A stretch of 64,000 bases of DNA, from positions 105,241-169,240 of the forward strand of contig OY764332.1 in the NCBI GenBank assembly GCA_963668425.1, in the 5' to 3' direction. Positions 30,559 through 39,117 of the stretch are shown here, one piece after another (position 1 is the first letter of the stretch; each line of letters begins with the position of its first letter). The translations under genes were made by a program, and so were the position numbers. The notes beneath the pieces were generated by a model. That model worked only from the letters and a program-made list of their open reading frames with translations. It did not search any database and had not been told where the DNA came from. Origin of the DNA: Minisyncoccota bacterium (lineage in GTDB: Bacteria; Patescibacteriota; Minisyncoccia; Phycocordibacterales; JABAAK01).

Positions 30559-31005
30559 CTACATCACGGTAGTGATGTCGTCTACCTGACTTCCCTGCTC
30601 CATTTGTGACGGCTGATATTTAATCGCATTCTGATAAAGATATGCAGGCATGCGGACACAAACAATAATCACAAAAACAATAAGCCCTCCCACCAAATGC
30701 TTTTTTGCTGACTGCCGCTCTCTTTCTAAGAAACGAAATATCAGAAAAAATATGAAAATAACAAACGGAGATATCATAAGAGCAGCCAGCATCGCTCCTT
30801 TAATAGGGCTCTGCAACAGGTCTTCCTTAAGGAATAATGTCAAATAATCTGATAAAAGACCACCACCAACACCCAACAATACACCAAGGATTAACAAAGC
30901 AATGTCTCTTTGTATATCGCCCTGCTGTGACATATTTTTATCGTTATGCATCTTTTTAGTTTTTTCGTTGCTCATTATTTTTAATTTTACACTATACCGT
31001 TGCAT
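30559..31005 (-). CDS. hypothetical membrane protein (paralog of 32075..32467)
   Basis: 148 aa, three or four TM segments. The C-terminal codons and 3' flank (41 bp CAAGTAGTATACCTTGACCTACATCACGG...) are shared with the paralog. Confidence 0.55.
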   Translation of the reverse strand: MQRYSVKLKIMSNEKTKKMHNDKNMSQQGDIQRDIALLILGVLLGVGGGLLSDYLTLFLKEDLLQSPIKGAMLAALMISPFVIFIFFLIFRFLERERQSAKKHLVGGLIVFVIIVCVRMPAYLYQNAIKYQPSQMEQGSQVDDITTVM

Positions 31006-31059
31006 ATTGCAATATACAAGCGTGCCGTACCTGAGTAACGTACTTGTTGCGTTAGATTA

Positions 31060-31803
31060 TTGCTCCCAAGTATGAAATTGACTTGGTTTTGTATATGTAC
31101 TAACATACTGAACATGAATAATAATTCCTACCAAAAACCAGAGTTCCGGAAAGATGGCTTTCATTGTTCCTTTTGTGGTATATATGCCAACCATGACTGG
31201 AAAAATCTTTTTCTGGCAGAGCGTCTGGATTATGGGAATGAGTGGAAACCAATTTCAATATCATCTCAATGTGACCACTGCAAGAGATATGCCCTATGGA
31301 TTCCTAGTGAGGGGGGTGAGTGGCATATGGTTTATCCAAGAAAAATGCTTTCCCCTCTGGCGCATTCTGACATGCCAGGGTTAGTGAAAGCATTATATGA
31401 AGAGGCGAGAAGTATATCAGACCAATCACCAAGAGCAGCTGCTGCCTTATTACGATGCGCTCTTGAAAGGTTAACTGAGCACCTTGGAGAAAAAGATGGT
31501 TCGTTATATGCAAGAATTGGAAATCTGGCTCAGAAAGGTTTGCCAAAGATGGTTTTAAAGGCGTTAGATATTGTACGTATCACCGCAAACGAAGGCGGTT
31601 CTCATTGTGGAGAGATTGATTTGACAGGAAAAGACGGAAAAGAGGTTGTTGACAAATTGTTTTTGTTGGTGAACTTCATTGTTGAAAAAACAATTACAGA
31701 GCCCAAAGAAGTTACTATGATGTTTTTGGACCTGCCTGAAAGCAAGAAAGATGGTGTGCGAAATAGGGATAATAAACATGAAAAGAAGATAGAAAATGAG
31801 TGA
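31060..31803 (+). CDS. DUF4145 (HEPN-clan-like) domain protein
   Basis: AAAALLRCALERLTEHLG...LAQKGLPKMVLKALDIVRITANEGGSH is characteristic of DUF4145. Confidence 0.6.
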   Translation: MLPSMKLTWFCICTNILNMNNNSYQKPEFRKDGFHCSFCGIYANHDWKNLFLAERLDYGNEWKPISISSQCDHCKRYALWIPSEGGEWHMVYPRKMLSPLAHSDMPGLVKALYEEARSISDQSPRAAAALLRCALERLTEHLGEKDGSLYARIGNLAQKGLPKMVLKALDIVRITANEGGSHCGEIDLTGKDGKEVVDKLFLLVNFIVEKTITEPKEVTMMFLDLPESKKDGVRNRDNKHEKKIENE

Positions 31804-32074
31804 GATATTGGTATAGAGTAACAAAAAAATAACCGATAAATATTACAGATTGCTCTGGAAAAGAATTTAATTAATGGTATTAAAATACCCGAAATTGAAA
31901 ATGGGTCTTCCTTTATTAATACTAATGTCCTTGTCAACCCAACCCAGCCCAGCTTTGGGAGGTAAGCCAGATCCAGATCCTGCGTATAGAATATACGACG
32001 GAAACCTGTCTATGGTTTCGTTTATTGTTTCCATTTTTTGTTTTTGTGGTTGCATACAAGTAGTATACCTTGAC

Positions 32075-32467
32075 CTACATCACGGCAGTAGTGGCGTTGC
32101 TGTATAGGTACATAAACGTGAGAGCGCAGATAAACACGGTAAAGAACAAATAACATTTCCAATCACTCTTCCAGGCCGACACTAAGAAATCAGACATGTT
32201 TTGACCTTCTTCTGCCTGATAGAGATTTAACAACAAGAATATAAAAGTAGAAAATAGGAAAACCATAAAAGTAGTAATGATTGAATTTAAAAAAGGGTTT
32301 TTTAATAACATGTCCCTTGAGAATATTGTTAGGTGGCTTCCAACATAGCCGCCTACTACACCCGCTAATATACCCATCACAAAAAGAGTGTTTTCCTTAA
32401 AAGTGAGTTTTTCTTTTTCCTGAATAGCGGATTCTCCCCTTTCAATGTTTTTATCTGTCTTACTCAT
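32075..32467 (-). CDS. hypothetical membrane protein (paralog of 30559..31005)
   Basis: 130 aa. MGILAGVVGGYVGSHLTIFSRDMLLKNP parallels LGVLLGVGGGLLSDYLTLFLKEDLLQSP in the paralog. Confidence 0.55.
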   Translation of the reverse strand: MSKTDKNIERGESAIQEKEKLTFKENTLFVMGILAGVVGGYVGSHLTIFSRDMLLKNPFLNSIITTFMVFLFSTFIFLLLNLYQAEEGQNMSDFLVSAWKSDWKCYLFFTVFICALTFMYLYSNATTAVM

Positions 32468-32998
32468 AGATGTATTTTTTGTTTTTTTGAGTACGGATGC
32501 TTTCTTGGATTGCCGCTCTTCTTCTCCTTTTACCCTCGCCTAACACTACCCTCACCCAGTTTTCCAACGGTGCTATGTTGTGATGGATCATTGCTGTACG
32601 AATACTCGGATGAACTGATGCACAACAGGCGGTGGTTCCAAATATCATCAAAACCGCTATAATATAAACTACAATTTTGTTTGGTAAATTGTTTTTATTA
32701 AAATTTATTATCGATACCTTTAGTATACATCACCCTGTGAAAACCGCAAGACGCAAAAACAAGCGAGTTATTCTCACTTGTTTTTTATTTATTTTTCTTT
32801 ATAGATGACAAATAGTATTAAATAGCGATATTTTTCTTATGTTAATAGTATATCCTACAACTGTTGCGCAAGAGCAAATGTTTGCTTTTTAAACAATGAT
32901 CGTTTATACTACTGGTAGTTTAGTAGAAGAGTTCCAGGCCCATTGGGATATCTGGGCTCTTTTCGTTTTAATACGTCATCATCAGGCACTATAGACAT

Positions 32999-33436
32999 AT
33001 GTCTCTTTGGAAAAAAATTAAAAATGTTATTCTTGGATCTTTGCTTTTTCCTCTCAAAGAGTATGGTCTTGCACTCAAGATTTGTGTAGGAAACATGGCA
33101 GCTTTACCATTCCTGGTAACTGTGGCTTACTATGTGGAGAAATCGGGTCGGGAAATACCCCTTGACTTTATATCCGTATTGCTCAAAACCTTCTTCATAT
33201 CTTTCACTTGCTATCTATGCCTTATTTTTGGAAAGATTTTTCGTAATCGGATTCTTATTATTTTTTCTGGTTATCTTCTTTTTTCTATTCTTTTTATTTA
33301 TGTTATAATTTGGGTACATCTGTATGGAATGGTGTGTAATATTTCAAAGATGAAGACAGAACAGAGCGTAGTAAATCGTTATTCAGCTAAGGCTTTTTGC
33401 CTCCCGCACACCACATATGCACATCTCTTTTTATAA
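32999..33436 (+). CDS. hypothetical polytopic membrane protein
   Basis: 145 aa, four predicted TM helices. Confidence 0.45.
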   Translation: MSLWKKIKNVILGSLLFPLKEYGLALKICVGNMAALPFLVTVAYYVEKSGREIPLDFISVLLKTFFISFTCYLCLIFGKIFRNRILIIFSGYLLFSILFIYVIIWVHLYGMVCNISKMKTEQSVVNRYSAKAFCLPHTTYAHLFL

Positions 33437-33529
33437 AAGTAACACAAAAAGAAAAATACACGGAGTTTTCCGTGTGTTTTTCAGATGAGTGAGCGCACTC
33501 TGGTTGTGTTACTTACACTAGGCAGATTT

Positions 33530-34057
33530 TTATGTGCACCTCGGATTGCTTCCACTTGTGCTGGCAGGACTTCCGTTCAACGACCCCAAGAACCCGTTAT
33601 AGTCCGTGCAGTAGATATCGTTCCCACTACCTCCTGTTCCATCAGCGTCTGGCAATGCACCCCAAACAACCCATTTACCACGGTTTGCATAACAACAAAT
33701 CTCTCCTGCTGAAACTCCTGATTTCAATCCGCTTGTGCCAATAAGGTCGCCCTTCGCACACACAGCACTTCCATCCCATTTATCCCAACTGTCTTTTTGA
33801 CCAGAGATTTTTTCGTAGATGTTGTCGCACAAAGTATCTCCGGTGAGGTTTGTGTTTATTGCGGTTTCAGCAAAAGCCAGTGTGCGGATACTGGACACTC
33901 CCAATTTTGCACTGCTCTTTCCAGCGTTTCCTGTCTGAGTGCCGATGGAAACGATTACCGTTGTGGCAAGGACACCGATGATTGCGATAACAATAAGAAG
34001 TTCTATAAGGGTAAATCCTTTACTGCTATTGAGATTTTTCCTGTAGTAGTTTTTCAT
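33530..34057 (-). CDS. type IV pilin (paralog 1 of 3)
   Basis: KGFTLIELLIVIAIIGVLATTVIVS prepilin motif. Cys-containing variable C-domain. Confidence 0.85.
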   Translation of the reverse strand: MKNYYRKNLNSSKGFTLIELLIVIAIIGVLATTVIVSIGTQTGNAGKSSAKLGVSSIRTLAFAETAINTNLTGDTLCDNIYEKISGQKDSWDKWDGSAVCAKGDLIGTSGLKSGVSAGEICCYANRGKWVVWGALPDADGTGGSGNDIYCTDYNGFLGSLNGSPASTSGSNPRCT

Positions 34058-34077
34058 ACAGTGATCTTTATTGTTCA

Positions 34078-34647
34078 TTACTCACAACTTTCAATTGTGG
34101 CGGCATTACTGTTACCTACCACCCCCTCTCCTTTTTTGACTGTCTTGTTGTTTCTGGTATCATTGCCACTATTGGCAAGAGTAAACTTACCTAAAAATCC
34201 ACCGCTGTCAGCACAATACACCTCACCGGTGCCTGCCCCGTTGCCGCTTAACTTTGCCCACAGTACCCATTTTTCATTTTTTGATGAACAACATATCTCT
34301 CCAGCAACACCAGCAACACTATCGGCTTTACATATTTGATTAGCGTCAGTACCTTCATTCCCCCAAGTCCACTTGGTCTTCTCACCAGAGACCTTTGGGT
34401 ATATCTCATCGCAGACACCATTGGCACCGTAGCCACCCCCAATAACTGTTACGGTCGCAATAGTCCTCAAACTGGACACACCACTTTTTACTGAGGAGAT
34501 TTGTGCCTTCTCTGTTTGACTTCCCAGTGAGACCACGACCGTTGCCGCCAGCACGCCTATGATTGCGATGACAATAAGCAACTCGATTAAGGTAAATCCT
34601 TCGCTGTGCCTCGTGCCACTAAAGTTTTGCTGCCATATTTGCAACAT
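34078..34647 (-). CDS. type IV pilin (paralog 2 of 3)
   Basis: EGFTLIELLIVIAIIGVLAATVVVSLGSQT is identical to the next paralog through the N-terminal helix. The C-domain is divergent. Confidence 0.85.
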   Translation of the reverse strand: MLQIWQQNFSGTRHSEGFTLIELLIVIAIIGVLAATVVVSLGSQTEKAQISSVKSGVSSLRTIATVTVIGGGYGANGVCDEIYPKVSGEKTKWTWGNEGTDANQICKADSVAGVAGEICCSSKNEKWVLWAKLSGNGAGTGEVYCADSGGFLGKFTLANSGNDTRNNKTVKKGEGVVGNSNAATIESCE

Positions 34648-34659
34648 ACAAGTGCTTTA

Positions 34660-35199
34660 TTACTTGCACGTTTCAAGCACCACATCTGCGTCACTTCCGT
34701 CACTTTTTACCACGCTTTTGGCACTGGCACTATCTTGATCAAGCGTAACACTTCCTGCAAACCCAGTGCTGTCTGCACAGTAAACTTTTCCGGTTTCGGC
34801 TGCTCCCCAGAGCACCCACTTTTCAGGACTACTGCCTGTAGCGGCTACTGATGAACAGCAAATCTCACCACCTCCAAGCGGCTCATTTGCTTTACACTCA
34901 GCAGCAGGAGTGGCCTTGCCCCAAGTCCAGTCATCCTTTTCTCCCGAAACTTGCGGAAGTATTAGTTCACAAACCTTGTCGTTAACACCAAGTGATGTGT
35001 TACCAACTTTGCCCTCAACAACTGCAATTGTCGCAAGGTTTCTAATACTGGATACGCCGATCTTTACCGACCCCTGCTGGGCTTTATCTGTTTGCGAGCC
35101 AAGAGAAACGACCACTGTCGCCGCCAACACTCCGATGATTGCAATCACAATCAGCAATTCAATCAGTGTGAATCCTTTTTTGTATTTTTTATTAAACAT
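34660..35199 (-). CDS. type IV pilin (paralog 3 of 3)
   Basis: MFNKKYKKGFTLIELLIVIAIIGVLAATVVVSLGSQT. Classical short basic leader. Confidence 0.85.
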   Translation of the reverse strand: MFNKKYKKGFTLIELLIVIAIIGVLAATVVVSLGSQTDKAQQGSVKIGVSSIRNLATIAVVEGKVGNTSLGVNDKVCELILPQVSGEKDDWTWGKATPAAECKANEPLGGGEICCSSVAATGSSPEKWVLWGAAETGKVYCADSTGFAGSVTLDQDSASAKSVVKSDGSDADVVLETCK

Positions 35200-35407
35200 A
35201 CTTAAATATTACTTATAATTATTAACGTTTTTAGTGTACCATCCCCCAAAATCCCCACCACACCACCCCTGTGGATAACCACCACCTACCCTTTTCCGCC
35301 AAAAATTTCTATTGTTTGGCACATCTATGACATAAAACTACCTCAACTAGTAATACCCTCTGTAAAATAAGTATTGAATTATATTTCGTTTGTGCCATAA
35401 TTCATTT

Positions 35408-36226
35408 ATGAACCAGGAAAATAAAGTTAACAAAGATGATTTAAAGAAGGTTGGAAAAATAGGATTTGAGCACAATGGGAAAAAATATAACCTGTTTCGC
35501 TATTTTTGGTCTCCAGACAAAGCGGAAGGAGATCTTGAAATAGCAATAACCATTCCTAAAAAATATACAAACATTACAGATAGTGTTTATTATCTTAAAA
35601 GGTTGCGTGCTGGAAAAGTTGTAGAAAGGCATAAAAGTTACTCAAAACTTCTTAAAATAAGTTTTCATAGTAGTGGTGCATATCATATTTCTGGGGAAAA
35701 CATGCCAAACAGAAGTAAAAACCCTTATGCGATGGGAGCATCATTTGGGGGATATTCTGGTGCACCACTTGGTTTCATGTACACAGATGACTTATCATCA
35801 TTTATGCATAGTGGGAATATAACCGATGATTTAAACACACGCTTTATTGTTGACAGCGGGCACTCAACTATTTTCGTTGCACTGTATAGAGTAGAAAATA
35901 CTTTATACAGGAGAAAAGACGGTATGGGCATTGCTGAAGAACTTAGAGATCATATCATTAGCAGTCTTGAAAGAGACAAAGATAGAATTGGCATATGTTT
36001 GGAAGACCCTTACTTTATTCCGCTAGATTATCCAGGGAACACAGACCATATATTCCTACTAGCTTGCTTCCGTGGAAATCCCAAACCAAAAGAAATAATG
36101 GAAGGAACTTTTGTCGGAACATATGCCTACGAGGCAGATGGCGATGCCTTGTCCCTGTATGTTAACAGAGATGATGAGAAAGTTCCTGAAATCAAGCGGC
36201 GCCCCAGGATACCGCTTGCATTTTAA
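35408..36226 (+). CDS. hypothetical protein
   Basis: 273-aa ORF (MNQENKVNKDD start), no recognised motif. Confidence 0.45.
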   Translation: MNQENKVNKDDLKKVGKIGFEHNGKKYNLFRYFWSPDKAEGDLEIAITIPKKYTNITDSVYYLKRLRAGKVVERHKSYSKLLKISFHSSGAYHISGENMPNRSKNPYAMGASFGGYSGAPLGFMYTDDLSSFMHSGNITDDLNTRFIVDSGHSTIFVALYRVENTLYRRKDGMGIAEELRDHIISSLERDKDRIGICLEDPYFIPLDYPGNTDHIFLLACFRGNPKPKEIMEGTFVGTYAYEADGDALSLYVNRDDEKVPEIKRRPRIPLAF

Positions 36227-36245
36227 CAAGTGTTACGTTTTCAAT

Positions 36246-36446
36246 ATGGTTGGTAGTGTTTCTGGCATCGCACTATTCGCATTACTTATAGTACCGCTAA
36301 CAGTGTTGTTGGTGAATACCCTCTTTAGATTGTGGGAATATGCTTTTGATAAATCAGTTCGTTTTGCCGCTATTTTATCTTGCACAATCCCCTTAGTGTT
36401 GCTTGCAGAGTTGCTTTGTTGGGCTAGACTGTTTGGGTGGTATTAG
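36246..36446 (+). CDS. small 2-TM protein, 3' portion shared with 43306..43641 (left direct repeat)
   Basis: LFRLWEYAFDKSVRFAAILSCTIP is identical to the paralog. About 95 bp of DNA identity (36322-36416 vs 43515-43609). Confidence 0.5.
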   Translation: MVGSVSGIALFALLIVPLTVLLVNTLFRLWEYAFDKSVRFAAILSCTIPLVLLAELLCWARLFGWY

Positions 36447-36451
36447 TTTTA

Positions 36452-37147
36452 TTACTGTATCTTATTCATCCCTCCGCTAACAGCATTAGCGACAATTTCA
36501 AGCGGTGTACCCATTTTATCTTCTTTTGTGTGTGGAGGGGTTGTGATAAATTCAACAACTTTACTGGCTAGCAAAGGTCTTATCTCTTGATCTTCAACAC
36601 TTCTGAGTACATTATAGTAACTTTGTGCTAACACTTGTCTATGCTTCATATCAATAAATAAATTTCTGTACAAAGAATATTGCCTGGCACAAAAGTAGAG
36701 AGCGTAGACCGCAACACCAGTTATGGTCAATCCGCTCAACCGAAATTCCCAACTGATGTTATATTTCACACAGTAAAAAAAATACAGAACAGAGATAGCG
36801 AAAGTCATCAATACCATAAATGTAGTTGCTCTGAGCCATTTATCACGATCCTCCCTATACCCAGATCCGGCTTTTTCAAAAGCATCAGCTAATTTCTTCG
36901 TCTGAAAGATGTCTATTTGTTTTTTTAGAGAGACATTCTTGTCAGACAGATTGTCCACCTCAGACCGCTTTGATTTTATTTCGTTTGTTAAATTTCCTAT
37001 TTCAGTATCTTTGTTCTTATTCTCTTCCCGAAGTGATTCACGCTCCTCCTCAAGTGCTTTGACCTTTGCATCTAAGTGCTCAATTTTACCTTCTTTTCCA
37101 CTCAAGAGCTGCTCCCAATACTCCCTATTTCTTCTTTGTGCGTTCAT
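36452..37147 (-). CDS. coiled-coil membrane protein, candidate effector partner of the OLD-family ATPase
   Basis: 231 aa from ATG 37147: N-terminal coiled-coil, two TM helices, 80-aa C-domain. Directly downstream of the ATPase gene. The TGTATAAT motif sits 12 nt upstream of the ATG. Track start 37264 is an alternative. Confidence 0.55.
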   Translation of the reverse strand: MNAQRRNREYWEQLLSGKEGKIEHLDAKVKALEEERESLREENKNKDTEIGNLTNEIKSKRSEVDNLSDKNVSLKKQIDIFQTKKLADAFEKAGSGYREDRDKWLRATTFMVLMTFAISVLYFFYCVKYNISWEFRLSGLTITGVAVYALYFCARQYSLYRNLFIDMKHRQVLAQSYYNVLRSVEDQEIRPLLASKVVEFITTPPHTKEDKMGTPLEIVANAVSGGMNKIQ

Positions 37148-37301
37148 ATACCCAATTATACACCAAGCGATAACAGTGCACCATATCCCCGCCTGAAATA
37201 CAACAATCGCACAAACCAGCGACCGTCTCGGACAACCACCCCACGCACAACACAAAACTCTCACTCCTGTTTTTTAAGCACTCTCTTATCTATTCAAGCC
37301 C

Positions 37302-38408
37302 TCAAGAGGTGGGCTTCTGTTGGAGTATGTCTCGCAGGTATTTTATTGCACCTTTCTTTACATCTTCAGTAATTTCAGGTGTTTGCTTACCAGTTTCTCT
37401 ATTAGATTTTTTTGTTTTATGTGCCACACCTCTCCTTATATCAAAAATTTTGATGTCCTTTATTTCTTCTTTTTTGAATTTAACTTCTGTTTCAGGTTCC
37501 TCTGCCTTTTGATATAATTGTAAAAAATAATCTGTTGAAACTACGCCAAAAATCAGATAGTTAATCTCTGCATCTGATCTGTAATTCAATACGCCAAATT
37601 TATCCTCCATCTCTTTCACATCAGTTGAATAATTTTTCTCAGGATTTCTAAACACTTCATAGATTTTCTGCCCACTGCCAAGCTCTATGAAATATGGATC
37701 GTGTGTGCTGATGATAATGTTGATGTTGTTGTTTTTGCTACGGGATAGAGTGGAGAGCGCTTCGTACAGACTCTTTTTTAAGCGTGGATGCAGGTATATT
37801 TCTGGTTCTTCAAACAAAATAAATATTTCATCATCACTTACACCGACCTTCCCTAGTTCTTGGATTACAGAAGCAACAATGAGACGTTGTGTCCCTTGAC
37901 TCGCATCTCCGATTGCCAAAGGTGATGAATCTTTTGATTTGTCATGCGTGTCTAACACTTTTGCTTCAAGCACCTTCTTTACAACGGCATCATGAATGGA
38001 TTTTTTTACATCATCTTTAGTAAGCTTCTTCTGAGTTAGTTGCAATTCGGCACCAATAACATCAAAATTTTTGAAGGTTTCTGATATGCTACTAAATAAT
38101 TCGGTTATTTCCTTGTAATTTATTTTAGGCATACTTTTAACTGTTATATTTATAAGTTCAGCGATGGCAGAATGCATAGGGTCAGAAATGGCACTAGTCT
38201 TCATTTGCTCCTCTGCATTAATTTTTTCTGCGGGTATATAAATAACTTTTCCTGCCTTGCTTTCTTTTATCTTCTTTTGTATCGCATTCATTAAATGAGT
38301 TTTCCCGGCATTATTTTCTCCAGCAAATATCGTATAAGGGGCAAGGTCAATCCCATCAATTTTCTCTGTAATACTACTGTCCTTCTGTGGAGATATGGTT
38401 ATTTTCAT
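37302..38408 (-). CDS. OLD-family ABC-type ATPase (AAA_15/AAA_21-like), no TOPRIM
   Basis: Walker A FAGENNAGKTHLMNAI, long coiled-coil insert, D-loop/Walker B region ILFEEPEIYLHP, and H-loop IIISTHDP typical of OLD/PtuA/GajA-like ATPases. Confidence 0.75.
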   Translation of the reverse strand: MKITISPQKDSSITEKIDGIDLAPYTIFAGENNAGKTHLMNAIQKKIKESKAGKVIYIPAEKINAEEQMKTSAISDPMHSAIAELINITVKSMPKINYKEITELFSSISETFKNFDVIGAELQLTQKKLTKDDVKKSIHDAVVKKVLEAKVLDTHDKSKDSSPLAIGDASQGTQRLIVASVIQELGKVGVSDDEIFILFEEPEIYLHPRLKKSLYEALSTLSRSKNNNINIIISTHDPYFIELGSGQKIYEVFRNPEKNYSTDVKEMEDKFGVLNYRSDAEINYLIFGVVSTDYFLQLYQKAEEPETEVKFKKEEIKDIKIFDIRRGVAHKTKKSNRETGKQTPEITEDVKKGAIKYLRDILQQKPTS

Positions 38409-38530
38409 ATAGTTTCAGTATACCAAGCAGTGTCGGAATTTCAAAATGTTCTTTGCCATCTTCTTGCATGTTTTTTCTTGTATTTTGTCTATATCGTCAT
38501 CTACAGATTGCACAAACCTCACCTATTCCA

Positions 38531-38568
38531 ACGCAAAACGGTTAAAAGGGTGTCTATAGCAATCGCGC
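38531..38568. repeat. 38-bp conserved element B, copy 1, upstream of the ATPase gene
   Basis: CAAAACGGTTAAAAGGGTGTCTATAGCAATCGCGCCAC, identical to 42226-42263. Confidence 0.8.
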
Positions 38569-38646
38569 CACCACCACTTTTCATCAAAACCAACACACAG
38601 CATAAAACTACTCCCCTCTTTATACATTCCTACATTTTTTAAACCT

Positions 38647-39117
38647 TTAGTCCGTTTTATTCATTGACTGCCTTTTAAACTCCTTATAGTTTATACAAGA
38701 AAATCTTTTTTCTAGGAGCGCCTTCTGTAATTTCTTGTCATTTGTCACGCAAGTGTACTCACCGGGATAACGTTCTACAGCGGCCATTATGTGTGCGTCA
38801 CATATACCTCTTCCGTTCATTATGTCATATTCAATATTAGTAGCAAATGCAGATTTTAAGTGCCCAGCGAACTGAATGTCACTATTGGTTTTTATAATAT
38901 TATTTTGGGGTATACTGCTCCACAATTTATGACGATTTTGAATATCTCTCTCTTTCTCCTCTGGTGAAATATCTTTGGCAATATTAATGTAATCGTGTAT
39001 AAATTCTTTTTTACATACTCCAACAGTGTATATAGACATAAAATCAATACGTTCCTCAAAATTATTTTCCTCGCTTAATTTAACTAGGGCACAGCTGTCA
39101 AAAATGAATTTGTTCAT
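38647..39117 (-). CDS. PIN-like domain protein
   Basis: N-terminal FIFDSCALV and C-terminal GICDAHIMAAVERY...CVTNDKKL follow the PIN acidic-residue pattern. 4-nt overlap with the upstream gene. Confidence 0.5.
   Translation of the reverse strand: MNKFIFDSCALVKLSEENNFEERIDFMSIYTVGVCKKEFIHDYINIAKDISPEEKERDIQNRHKLWSSIPQNNIIKTNSDIQFAGHLKSAFATNIEYDIMNGRGICDAHIMAAVERYPGEYTCVTNDKKLQKALLEKRFSCINYKEFKRQSMNKTD

Noticed and set aside
37148-37264. Longer N-terminus (start 37264) for the coiled-coil membrane protein
   Set aside because: The extension is Cys/Trp-rich. It would cover a promoter-like motif (CTTGGTGTATAAT) that is conserved at two other, non-coding sites. The ATG at 37147 is preferred but not proven.
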